The notes below the pieces were generated by a model. The model was not told where the DNA came from and did no database searches. It saw nothing but the letters and a program-made list of their open reading frames with translations. A DNA stretch of 29,464 nucleotides from a virus (Duplodnaviria > Caudoviricetes), in the IMG/VR virus record IMGVR_UViG_3300028638_000041, positions 1 through 29,464 of that record; one strand, given 5' to 3'. Both the position numbers and the translations under genes were made by a program. Below are positions 1-8,553 of this stretch, piece after piece (positions within the stretch are counted from its first letter, which is position 1; the number at the start of each line of letters is the position of its first letter).

Positions 1-479
1 ACCACATCCGTCGCCAGCGTGATCTCTGCGTCTTCCCAGTACTTAGCGTACAGCACTCCGCCCTGGACGTAGAACAACCACGGATATTCCTCCGTCACAA
101 AGTTAAACCGCCGCGTCGCATAATCCCGGTCCCAATACCCGTCAAACTCAATCGCCACCGCAGTCGCACTCAGAGCCACCGTCATTCTATCCACCCACGG
201 GATCTGATCATCATACGGCAGCGGCTTCGACTTTACCTGAGCCACCCCGTCATTGATCGCCAGCGCAAACGCCTCCGCCGGTTCAGCCGATGTATCCGTA
301 CGCTTCACCGTCACATCCACATCCGTCAGCTCCGCGCCCTCCTGGATCGTAAACACCTGGAACAGCTCATTGATAAATCCTCGGCTCAGATAAACCTTCA
401 TGGCAGGGTCGGCATTTTCAGCCGGCACCTGCCATTTCTTTTTTACCCGCTCAAGCAGCTCCGATGGTATCGCGCGCAT
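1..479 (-). CDS. Tail tip/baseplate-region protein, N-terminal part (runs off window; not in ORF track)
   Basis: Hand translation gives an open frame from ATG at 479 (TGATG overlap with the upstream stop): MRAIPSELLERVKKKWQVPAENADPAMKVYLSRGFINELFQVF... to the edge. Lies two genes after the tape measure. Confidence 0.75.
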   Translation of the reverse strand, partial: MRAIPSELLERVKKKWQVPAENADPAMKVYLSRGFINELFQVFTIQEGAELTDVDVTVKRTDTSAEPAEAFALAINDGVAQVKSKPLPYDDQIPWVDRMTVALSATAVAIEFDGYWDRDYATRRFNFVTEEYPWLFYVQGGVLYAKYWEDAEITLATDV

Positions 480-811
480 CAGACCACCGCCTCGATGCTG
501 AGGATAATAGATGTTTCAAAGAGTCCTTCTGCAGGTTTAATCCAATCCTTTTTATCAACGATGATGCCGTTATAATCTCCTGTTTCGTTATAAATCGATA
601 CAGTAGTTCCAGAAGCTTCAGCTGCATCAATGGTCTGTTTTCCAGCCGCATCCACAAATAAATCAATATTTAAGGTGTTTGATGCGCTTCCAATGATCTG
701 TATATGAAGTGATCCATCAAGCAGCTTATTCGTAATTCTTGTCACATTAGACTGAGGTGTGACGCGGATGAAGCGCGTTACCCTGGATCCATCAATATAT
801 AAACCCATCAT
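479..811 (-). CDS. Small tail protein following tape measure (distal-tail position)
   Basis: 110-aa ORF with GAGGTGA RBS, overlapping the TMP stop; function from gene position only. Confidence 0.6.
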   Translation of the reverse strand: MMGLYIDGSRVTRFIRVTPQSNVTRITNKLLDGSLHIQIIGSASNTLNIDLFVDAAGKQTIDAAEASGTTVSIYNETGDYNGIIVDKKDWIKPAEGLFETSIILSIEAVV

Positions 812-3033
812 CTACGTCTCACCTCAGTTCTTAACCAATTAATCATCTTATCTTCGATCGCAACATTAACAATTCCAATCAACTCATTTTTGTCATTAAC
901 TCCACGTACTACAATCGGATCAAATTTATGAAGCACAACACCAGATTGTCCAGATAGACCCACTCCAGCTATCGCCAAATTGTTCGATGTTCCAATTTTA
1001 AGATCCGCTTGGAGTTGGGTATTTAGACCATTCATAGCCGCATTTACTTGTTTTGCGCTTTTAGTAATCCCTATGGACATACCAGCGCCAAGTTGCGCTC
1101 CAACTTCTTTTTCAAACACCTTTGAAGGAGACTGAATACCAAAAAGCCTTTTTACGCTACTTAATGCACCGGATAATGCATCGCCCGCTGCGGAAGCAAT
1201 TGCCCCTCCTGCGCCTGCTATACCTTTCCCAATTCCCGCCATAATGTCCAGGCCAAGTTTACCCCAATTAATTTTAAGGATTGAGCTGCCGATGGTTGCA
1301 AGGATTTTCGGACCCGTTGTAAGCAGCGCAGGAAGTGATTTGGCTATTCCTGTGACCAATGCACCTATCAAATTTGCGGCCGAAGCTATAATCAATGGCA
1401 AATTGGCCATCAACGTTTCAATCAAGGTCGTGATAATCATCGGCGCCATGGCGACAATCTGAGGCAATGCATTTATCAAACCCTGAATCATTGCTGAAAT
1501 GAGTTTTACAGCTGACTCAACAATTTTAGGCGCGTTATTGAGCAATCCATCTACCAACGCCATGATCAACGTTAAAGCAACATCAATTAGCTGAGGTGAT
1601 GCTGTAGCAATGCCGTCAATCAGTGTTGTGAGTGCGTTAATTCCGGCATTGATCATCATTGGTCCATTGTCTTTAAGCATGCTCGAAAGCGATGCGATCA
1701 CAGTAAGTGCTACATCGACAAGCGCTGGCAGTATTTGAGGCACAGCATCAGCAAGCGCAGACGCAATCCCACCAATCACAGAAGCAACGACTGGAGCGGC
1801 AGTTATGGCCATAGATGAAACCTGACCAATGACCTCGTTGAGTCCTTTAGAAATCGACGTTCCAACAGATGACCAGTCACCGGTTGAAAATCCCGTATTC
1901 ACCGCTCTAAATATATCGAGGAATGAAGGTAGGAACTTCTGGCCAACACTTGTGGCCATGGACTCCATTTGCATCTGAGCAACGCGTAGCTGATTTGGAA
2001 ATGAGGTTTCAAGAGTTCTTCCAAAGTCGCCCTGGGCATCAGCTGTAGCCTGCATTAGATATTGATATCTAAGCTGCGTCTGCTCACCTTGAGTCATTGA
2101 TTTAAATGATTTTGTTATCCCTTGCGTGAGAGCATAAGCCTCAAGATTTGCCACCGACATATTAATGCCAAGCTGCTTCAGTGGCTCAGTTTCTCCAGAT
2201 ATTCCCGAACGGATCTTATTCCAGGCTTCATCATGATCAAGGTTATAAAATGATGACATATCACCAGTGAGCTGTACAAGCGATTCTGCCATTGATGCAG
2301 ACGCATCTTCGCTGACGCCGCTTGATTTAAGCATCGCGCCCATTGAGCCGACAAACTTGACTGCGTTAGTCTCAGATATGCCTGCGCTCTGAGCTACAGT
2401 CTTACTCCACGCCAAAACACTGTCAGATGTATTGTCAAATGTCTCCTTGACCACGTTCTGGGCTTCTGCAAGATCAGAAGCCTTCTCAGCAAGTTTAAAC
2501 GCACCAGTTACAGCTGCGGCAGATGCAGCGCCGACTGCAGCAATACTGACCGCTGCGGCTCTTGCTGTAGCACCACCAGCTGACTTTAATGCTGATCCCA
2601 TCTTCCCAAGCGCGCCATGGAATTTTGAAGCTTTATCTGAGGCGTCATTGGTTTCTTTTCCGAATTCATCTAAAGCGCGTGTTACCTGCTTTAATTCGTA
2701 CTCATTTTTATTAAGCGCTTCAGTTTCTCTGTTAATGCGGATCTGAAGTTCCTGTGCTGCTCTACTGTCAGCACCTTTTTCATCTGCAATTCGTTTGTAT
2801 TCGTTCTTTAGCGCTTCAACTTTTTTTCTTTGAAGATCCATTCTGCTATTGAGTGAGTCAATCCTCATCTGAAGACCTTCAGCAGTACTACCCCATTGAC
2901 CCATCCCAGCAGCTGCAGCTTTAAACCCAGAGTCAATAACTTTTATTTGGCGATTTAGTTCAGCAATACCACTCTTAAAATCAGTAGTATCCATTCCAAC
3001 CTTACCACTGATATTATTTTCGTTTTCTGCCAT
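808..3033 (-). CDS. Tail tape measure protein
   Basis: Long Ala/Gly-rich helical protein with N-terminal coiled coil and hydrophobic repeats. Follows the tail chaperone. ATG at 3033 has a GAGGTGA RBS. Confidence 0.95.
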   Translation of the reverse strand: MAENENNISGKVGMDTTDFKSGIAELNRQIKVIDSGFKAAAAGMGQWGSTAEGLQMRIDSLNSRMDLQRKKVEALKNEYKRIADEKGADSRAAQELQIRINRETEALNKNEYELKQVTRALDEFGKETNDASDKASKFHGALGKMGSALKSAGGATARAAAVSIAAVGAASAAAVTGAFKLAEKASDLAEAQNVVKETFDNTSDSVLAWSKTVAQSAGISETNAVKFVGSMGAMLKSSGVSEDASASMAESLVQLTGDMSSFYNLDHDEAWNKIRSGISGETEPLKQLGINMSVANLEAYALTQGITKSFKSMTQGEQTQLRYQYLMQATADAQGDFGRTLETSFPNQLRVAQMQMESMATSVGQKFLPSFLDIFRAVNTGFSTGDWSSVGTSISKGLNEVIGQVSSMAITAAPVVASVIGGIASALADAVPQILPALVDVALTVIASLSSMLKDNGPMMINAGINALTTLIDGIATASPQLIDVALTLIMALVDGLLNNAPKIVESAVKLISAMIQGLINALPQIVAMAPMIITTLIETLMANLPLIIASAANLIGALVTGIAKSLPALLTTGPKILATIGSSILKINWGKLGLDIMAGIGKGIAGAGGAIASAAGDALSGALSSVKRLFGIQSPSKVFEKEVGAQLGAGMSIGITKSAKQVNAAMNGLNTQLQADLKIGTSNNLAIAGVGLSGQSGVVLHKFDPIVVRGVNDKNELIGIVNVAIEDKMINWLRTEVRRR

Positions 3034-3048
3034 TAATCTCACCTCGCT

Positions 3049-3291
3049 TTAGAGCCATGATGGAGGCTTCGTCGCCCTGGTATAAACTTTTCCGTTTATG
3101 ATCCTCTTGTTCGGGTCAGGTTTGTTTCTATGTGATATAAACTCGATCAATGTATCGAGGTCAGTTTCATCAATATCTTTTAAACTCCACCCAAAATTGT
3201 CAACGCACACCCTATAAAGTTCCATAAAGATGTCATGCGCTTCTGTCTGTGTTTCATCGGGCGAGGTGGATGCGCCCGTTACGAGTTTTTT
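3049..3291 (-). CDS. Tail assembly chaperone -1 frameshift extension (gpGT-like C-terminal part)
   Basis: The -1 frame after slippery A AAA AAC (3291-3285) reads ...LVTGASTSPDETQTEAHDIFMELYRVCVDNFGWSLKDIDETDLDTLIEFI...PPSWL* (TAA 3051-3049) and fills the gap before the TMP. Confidence 0.85.
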   Translation of the reverse strand, partial: KKLVTGASTSPDETQTEAHDIFMELYRVCVDNFGWSLKDIDETDLDTLIEFISHRNKPDPNKRIINGKVYTRATKPPSWL

Positions 3292-3611
3292 GAAATAACG
3301 CCATAAACTCCACTGATGATCATGTTTACTGCAGCGTCAATTTCGTAATCTGTGTATTCCATTTCTAACTCTTCTGGTGTAAATGCCTTGCCAAATATTT
3401 CGCATACAAGCCATGATTTTCGATCTTTGAGTTGCATCAACTCGTCGAACATAACTGAAGCCTGATCGACATCAGTTGCGTCGAGCGTTTGGCCAAGTTG
3501 TCCAATTTTAAGCGCATCAGCTTGAATTTTAAGTGCTTGTCTGGATAGATATGATGTGATGCGGCCTGTAGTGTGTGTTTTATCTCCAACTTTAATGACG
3601 AGTACGTTCAA
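3279..3611 (-). CDS. Tail assembly chaperone (gpG-like)
   Basis: Between major tail and TMP; TTG start after GAGGAGG; ends ...ISKNS* at the slippery site. Confidence 0.88.
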   Translation of the reverse strand: MNVLVIKVGDKTHTTGRITSYLSRQALKIQADALKIGQLGQTLDATDVDQASVMFDELMQLKDRKSWLVCEIFGKAFTPEELEMEYTDYEIDAAVNMIISGVYGVISKNS

Positions 3612-3635
3612 ATGTTATGCCTCCTCATAATATTT

Positions 3636-3666
3636 AGAAAGAAAGGGCAGCGGTTAAGCTGCCCTT
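3636..3666 (-). terminator. Intrinsic terminator/attenuator after major tail gene
   Basis: AAGGGCAGC/GCTGCCCTT 9-bp stem followed by TCTTTCT on the minus strand. Confidence 0.7.
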
Positions 3667-3670
3667 GTCG

Positions 3671-4582
3671 TTACGCTGTAGTAAAATCGATGATCGTATT
3701 GTCAAGATGTTGACCGAAGACGTCCGTCACACGGCTGGCGATAATCGCATAATCGGTGGATGCCGATAGATTCTCTGATGGATTGATCGTGAGAATCTTC
3801 TTGGTCGCATCGAGGCTTTGTGCATTCGCGATGACAGCCAATGTTGTAGCGTTGATCAGCGTGACTGCATAAGCATCGATCGCATTATTGAACGTCAGAG
3901 TAAGATTTGCATCTACTGCAACTCCAGTAGCGCCATCAGCTGGCAAGCTGGATGATAACGCCAAAGCAGATGGTGAACCGGATGTATCAGGTGTCTGTAC
4001 CTGTCCAAACCATCCCGTTGGATCAAACGCCGCGTCAGCCGTATCACCAAAGATACGCTTAACCGACTTTTCTTCACCGCCGACGGTCCATTTCTTCGTC
4101 GTATTGACAGCGGTGAAAGTGAGTGGGTAATTCTTCACGTCGACATCATTGGACTGCGTGGCAGCTTCTTCTGTGCCACCGCTGAAAGTGCCTTTCAAAA
4201 ACCAGTAATAACGATAGCCATTCTTGCCCATACTGAACCTAAAGCCCAGAGCTACATCAGGCGGATTAGCGTCTCCTGTATCTATAACTCTGCCGCTTGC
4301 TGCATCATAGTGCTTTCCAAGAATCGTCGCCATAATGTCAGCAGGTATATTGGCTGACGTAATCTTAAGATCTGTCTTGCCTTCTGTGACGTAGTTATTC
4401 GCCGCTTTATTGTCGTAATAGGTCGTTTTGTTGTTGATCTCCGGCTCACCTGCGACATCCGCGACAGGGGCCAGATAAAACGGCGCGCCTACCGTATAGG
4501 CATCATCCGAATCAATTGTTACCAGCGCGCAGTAGACACTATCAACGCCAATAAATTCACCATACTTTTGATCCATTGTCAT
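3671..4582 (-). CDS. Major tail protein with C-terminal Ig-like domain
   Basis: phi13-like tail tube motifs (TYYDN, ALGFRF..GYRYYWFLKGTF) followed by an Ig-like segment (PADGATGVAVDANLTLTFN...VTDVFGQ..FTT). Confidence 0.92.
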   Translation of the reverse strand: MTMDQKYGEFIGVDSVYCALVTIDSDDAYTVGAPFYLAPVADVAGEPEINNKTTYYDNKAANNYVTEGKTDLKITSANIPADIMATILGKHYDAASGRVIDTGDANPPDVALGFRFSMGKNGYRYYWFLKGTFSGGTEEAATQSNDVDVKNYPLTFTAVNTTKKWTVGGEEKSVKRIFGDTADAAFDPTGWFGQVQTPDTSGSPSALALSSSLPADGATGVAVDANLTLTFNNAIDAYAVTLINATTLAVIANAQSLDATKKILTINPSENLSASTDYAIIASRVTDVFGQHLDNTIIDFTTA

Positions 4583-4935
4583 ACCTCCATTTCATAATAT
4601 CGATAATCCACTGTATATGCATAATGACCAGTCTCAGCATCAAACGGAAGGTCACGCCCGTCAACTCTAAGAAATCCAGAGGTTAGCATGACCGCTTTGA
4701 TGGCGTTATCTGCATTCTGCTTAATCTCCGGATCCCTGGAGTAAAGCGCCACCTGAACTCTCGCTGAAGATCCGGTCGGCCTGTTGTCAGCAAAACTTAT
4801 GCTGGGTTTGCCAATAATTTGATAGGTGATAAAAGTGTCTGGCAAAATCGCACCAGGTGCAAAGCTGCCTTGTTCACGTACGGTATAACCAAGTTGAGTA
4901 AGCGTCGAATAAATTATGCTGTAGATATTACTCAA
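4579..4935 (-). CDS. Tail completion/terminator protein
   Basis: Directly upstream of major tail; PDTFITY and VQVALYS motifs; likely TTG start at 4935. Confidence 0.75.
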   Translation of the reverse strand: MSNIYSIIYSTLTQLGYTVREQGSFAPGAILPDTFITYQIIGKPSISFADNRPTGSSARVQVALYSRDPEIKQNADNAIKAVMLTSGFLRVDGRDLPFDAETGHYAYTVDYRYYEMEV

Positions 4936-5359
4936 TCGGCACACCCCGCTTTTCTAAATGCTTTTTATAGATTTTTTTGGATTTCCTCCGCCACCATTCA
5001 AAAGCATTTCTTATACCAGGATCAGCTGGCATTCTTGGAGTACCATACTCAACAAATACGGCGTGCCAGCCAAGATAATCCTTATCTGAGTTAATACCGA
5101 CATCCGAATAGATGTAATTTCCATCTTGCTTAACCTCAGTTGCGTCTACTGATCGCATCACAGCACCACTGTTTTCATGTTCTTTTGCCCAGGAATCAAT
5201 ATCGTCTTTGATACCTTCTTTGATTTCCTCAATAGCGTCAGTGATGGCTTCATCCACTTTATTTCCAGCAACCTGTACTGCTTTTGCGTATTCATCAAGG
5301 CCTGATAATTCAAACCGAATGCTTTTAAGGTTTGATGGCGTAAGTAGTTTCGTTGCCAT
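4928..5359 (-). CDS. HK97 gp10-like tail component
   Basis: WHAVFVEYGTPRMPADP.IR.AF motif and position. Confidence 0.88.
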   Translation of the reverse strand: MATKLLTPSNLKSIRFELSGLDEYAKAVQVAGNKVDEAITDAIEEIKEGIKDDIDSWAKEHENSGAVMRSVDATEVKQDGNYIYSDVGINSDKDYLGWHAVFVEYGTPRMPADPGIRNAFEWWRRKSKKIYKKHLEKRGVPIE

Positions 5360-5700
5360 TATGCACTCACCACCCGCTGCACCTTAAGAATAAGATACTC
5401 ATTTCTCATCTCAACATTTTCAGGTGCATTGATGATTTCGTACTGTAGATTTGTATCGTCGTTGATTTTCAGTCGATCCTTAGCTGTGATAAGTGGGTCA
5501 TACCACATTGTCACAGTGCCGCCATCCAGTACGCCAACCGCTCCGGCTCGGAGCGACTCAGAGCCGTGAAATGCTTTAAAGCTACAAAAAGCAATATGAT
5601 CTACAGGCGTCCAGCTAATTTTTGGTGCACCGTTAATGATAGTCTCTACTCGACGCAAAACACGTACTGGCGTATTGAACTCAAGATTCGGTGCGTACAT
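5359..5700 (-). CDS. Head closure / head-tail adaptor protein
   Basis: Size and position; G...W and YEI...ENVEMRNEYL motifs. Confidence 0.82.
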   Translation of the reverse strand: MYAPNLEFNTPVRVLRRVETIINGAPKISWTPVDHIAFCSFKAFHGSESLRAGAVGVLDGGTVTMWYDPLITAKDRLKINDDTNLQYEIINAPENVEMRNEYLILKVQRVVSA

Positions 5701-5984
5701 CAGACCACCTCCGTAATGTACTCAGAGGTGTTGGCTAACTTATCCCGCATCTTCTCATAGATGCCTTTGTACCGATCTGCCTCAGTATTTCCAAGGCCAT
5801 AATTTGCTTTTACATAAACGAGAATGGCTTGTTTAATAAGCGGATCCGTTTCGTCAATGTTGATAATACCGCTTGTTTCAAGATCCAGTTTCGCTGTTGC
5901 AATAAGATCAGCAATTTCATCATCAAATGTAGTCATGCCTGATGATATTCTGAGGACTTTTTTAGCTGAATCAAGTAATGCCAC
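5700..5984 (-). CDS. Head-tail connector (gp6-like)
   Basis: K..LRI...FDDEI..LI..A..DL...G...DPLIKQAI..Y motif; GTG at 5984 follows the AGGAGGTGA RBS. Confidence 0.88.
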   Translation of the reverse strand: MALLDSAKKVLRISSGMTTFDDEIADLIATAKLDLETSGIINIDETDPLIKQAILVYVKANYGLGNTEADRYKGIYEKMRDKLANTSEYITEVV

Positions 5985-6001
5985 GGGGTTCACCTCCTAA
6001 G

Positions 6002-6025
6002 AGGCCCCCGCGTGAGCAGGGGCTT
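6002..6025 (-). terminator. GC-rich hairpin after post-capsid gene
   Basis: AGGCCCC/GGGGCTT stem; weak U-tract. Confidence 0.45.
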
Positions 6026-6028
6026 GCA

Positions 6029-6619
6029 TTAAACAATCAAATACGCATCAACGACTTTTTCGTTGAGTGCGCTATTGAGCTTGATTGTGTTGCTTTCAAC
6101 AGCCGTCGTGCTGAGCGTGACTGTTGGCGCAGTGCCTTCAATCGTATTGTCCAAATACGCAGCTAAAACGGTATTGTGCGCCAACTTAAATGGCATCCCT
6201 AATTTGTTGCCAAATCCAACAGAAACAGTGTCGGTTCCTGCATGCACTTCAACAGGGAGATTGATTTCTGTTACTGTCGCAAAAGCTTTATTTCCTTCAA
6301 CCGCCGTAGCACCATTAAGAGCAATTGTCTCCGAGATGGCTTCGCCAGCAATATTTGTACCTTCTATGACTACATCGCCTGTAATGCCAGACGCATTTCC
6401 TTTTACGATGAGGTTTCGTGGTACAGCTGGATTAGTGATATCTTCAGTAATTACTTGGGCTTCAGATGTCATGGCGGTAGCTGTAAGTACCGCTATGTTG
6501 CTCGTTGCGACAGCGTCAGCTGCTGCAACCTGAAAATGCGCAATAAAGCTTCGATCTAAAGATTTTCAGACAACGTCAGTTCTAATTTTCTGTCCCATTT
6601 TATGATTAAATGCTTGCAT
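6029..6619 (-). pseudogene. Post-capsid virion (decoration-like) protein, 196 codons, interrupted by an in-frame TGA at codon 18
   Basis: GGAGGT RBS plus ATG at 6619 gives MQAFNHKMGQKIRTDVV*KSLDRSFIAHFQVAAADAVA..., continuing in frame into the 6472-6029 ORF. TGA is at 6568-6566. Confidence 0.7.
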
Positions 6620-6649
6620 GCTTGTACCTCCCAGAGGATTTAATAGTTA

Positions 6650-6667
6650 GGGGCGGTTTCCCGCCCC
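6650..6667 (-). terminator. Hairpin after major capsid gene
   Basis: GGGGCGG-GAAA-CCGCCCC on the minus strand; weak U-tract, so possibly a leaky terminator or mRNA stabiliser. Confidence 0.6.
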
Positions 6668-6674
6668 GTTGTCA

Positions 6675-7889
6675 TTACGCGCCTTTCTTGACAATGATAA
6701 CGCCGTTCGGATCTAAAATTTTACCGTCAGCAATCAGAATCGCCTTATCAACCCATTGGTTAGTGTCGTGATCAAGCCATCTGTACATTGACATCTGCAT
6801 GTTTGAGTTAACTGCATAATCCGTTAGTTTACAGAATACGGCAACAACATCTCCAGTGGAGGCACTTTCGTAAGGTGCAATAACATCATCCTCAACAAGG
6901 ATGACTTCTCTGCCACCAAAGCGCTCCTGAGGACCGTCTGTAATGCCATAATTCGTACGTCCTATTGGTTGTCCATTGGCATCCGTCATGCCATCGATGT
7001 AACCTTCAAATGTACCTGAAGCCATGATAAAAGATCCACCTGCACGGTATGCCAGTGGAATCTTAGCGAACACTTTTTTCTTCCATCCATCCCACGCTAC
7101 AAAATCAGCGCTTGAAAGCGTGATGATATTTCCAGCCGGGATTCTACTATCCACTGTAACGCCTAAAGGCTGACCATCACCAGTCCCCTTAACGATCGCA
7201 ATATCAAACGCCTTAACAATCGCTTCGACAATAAGCGTAGTGATTGTTTCTTCAAAGCCTTCCAAAGTTGTGGTGTCTGCCAGAAGTGAAATAGCGACTT
7301 TACACTCAAGGCCATAGTAACTGAATGAAACCTTAGTATTGGCAGTGACCTTTTTACGATCGGATGGGGTTGTTTCAGAAATCCAAGTTGCAACCGGTTT
7401 GAGCGACAGAATTGGGAATTCTACGCCGCCTTTAACATTAAGCTTTCTAATGCGATTGAAAATCTGGCCATACGATTTCATTTGAGAAATAACTTCTCTC
7501 ATGATGGTTGTAGGCACTAAAGCGGAAGCTTCACTGACTGTTGTCTGAGCGTCCGTGTTCATAAACTTCGCATCCATAACGCCGGTCTTTGCAAAGTTCA
7601 TGAATGCTTTTCTGTATTCCAATGTGTTGAGTGGATTTTCATCAGCCTTTTCGGTGTTTCCAATGACCAATGGATCAGTTACGTTGTCAACGGAGGTTAT
7701 ACGACTTGACTGTTTTAGCGCATTGAGGTTCGCTTGCATTTTTGCAAAGTTTTCATAAGCTGTATCCAATTCCTGAATCTCTTTTTCTTTTGCCTTGAAA
7801 TCGTCCATGTTGCCTGCAGCGACAAGCTTTTCAGCTTCTGAGAGAAGTGCATTACGGAGTGCTAAGTATTCTTCACGATTTTTAAACAT
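6675..7889 (-). CDS. HK97-fold major capsid protein
   Basis: 404 aa with N-terminal coiled-coil delta domain, GTGDGQPLG and D.NGQPI motifs; follows the protease. Confidence 0.95.
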   Translation of the reverse strand: MFKNREEYLALRNALLSEAEKLVAAGNMDDFKAKEKEIQELDTAYENFAKMQANLNALKQSSRITSVDNVTDPLVIGNTEKADENPLNTLEYRKAFMNFAKTGVMDAKFMNTDAQTTVSEASALVPTTIMREVISQMKSYGQIFNRIRKLNVKGGVEFPILSLKPVATWISETTPSDRKKVTANTKVSFSYYGLECKVAISLLADTTTLEGFEETITTLIVEAIVKAFDIAIVKGTGDGQPLGVTVDSRIPAGNIITLSSADFVAWDGWKKKVFAKIPLAYRAGGSFIMASGTFEGYIDGMTDANGQPIGRTNYGITDGPQERFGGREVILVEDDVIAPYESASTGDVVAVFCKLTDYAVNSNMQMSMYRWLDHDTNQWVDKAILIADGKILDPNGVIIVKKGA

Positions 7890-8553
7890 TAGGTTCTCCT
7901 TTCATCCTGAGCAGGCTCAGCCTCGCTTCAGCATTCTTGATTTGTGGGTTTTGTTTTGATGCCCTCATTTTGGCAATAACCGCCTCGGGAATGAGGTTAC
8001 TGTGTATGCTGGCGACTAATTTCATGTCGTTATCAAACATGATTTCATCGACAAAGCCTTTTTCTTTGGCTTGTTGAGCCGTCATCCATGTTTCTTTGTT
8101 CATCATTTCCAAAAGTTCTGATTCATTAAGTCCAGACTTCAAACGATAGGCATTAGCTATGGAGGTGTTGTAGTTTTTCAGCACTTCACCCGCGTGATTC
8201 ATATCGCGGTAATCACCATATGCGACATTTGATACATTGTGGATCATGATTTGAGCAGTAGGAGCAATTTTAACTAAATTACCAGCCATCGCAACGACAG
8301 AAGCAGCGCTTGCCGCGATCCCGGTTATCGCTACTATGACTCTGCCTTTATAATTCTTCAGTGCCGTGTAAATCTCAGATCCAGCCCAAACTGAACCGCC
8401 TGTGCTTGAAATCTCAACCTCTACTTCTTCACCTTTGAGATCACCAAGTACCTTTGTCACCTCTCTCGGACTTGTTGCTTCAATGTCGAACCAATCGTAA
8501 ATCCACTTGTCATCGTTATCTACAATGACGCCTCTAATCTGAATTTTAGCTAT
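7882..8553 (-). CDS. ClpP-type prohead maturation protease (best RBS points to an ATA start)
   Basis: ISSTGGSV, GIAASAAS (catalytic Ser), MIHN, ETWMTAQQAKEKGFVDEI are ClpP-family motifs. Confidence 0.93.
   Translation of the reverse strand: MAKIQIRGVIVDNDDKWIYDWFDIEATSPREVTKVLGDLKGEEVEVEISSTGGSVWAGSEIYTALKNYKGRVIVAITGIAASAASVVAMAGNLVKIAPTAQIMIHNVSNVAYGDYRDMNHAGEVLKNYNTSIANAYRLKSGLNESELLEMMNKETWMTAQQAKEKGFVDEIMFDNDMKLVASIHSNLIPEAVIAKMRASKQNPQIKNAEARLSLLRMKGEPNV

Noticed and set aside
6063-6559. Plus-strand ORFs of 156 and 105 aa
   Set aside because: Antisense to the post-capsid gene; shadow frames.
6566-6568. Genome-wide UGA reassignment or selenocysteine at the in-frame TGA
   Set aside because: Many genes here end in TGA with tight ATGA/TGATG coupling, so UGA is a normal stop. 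There is no redox motif context and no convincing SECIS.
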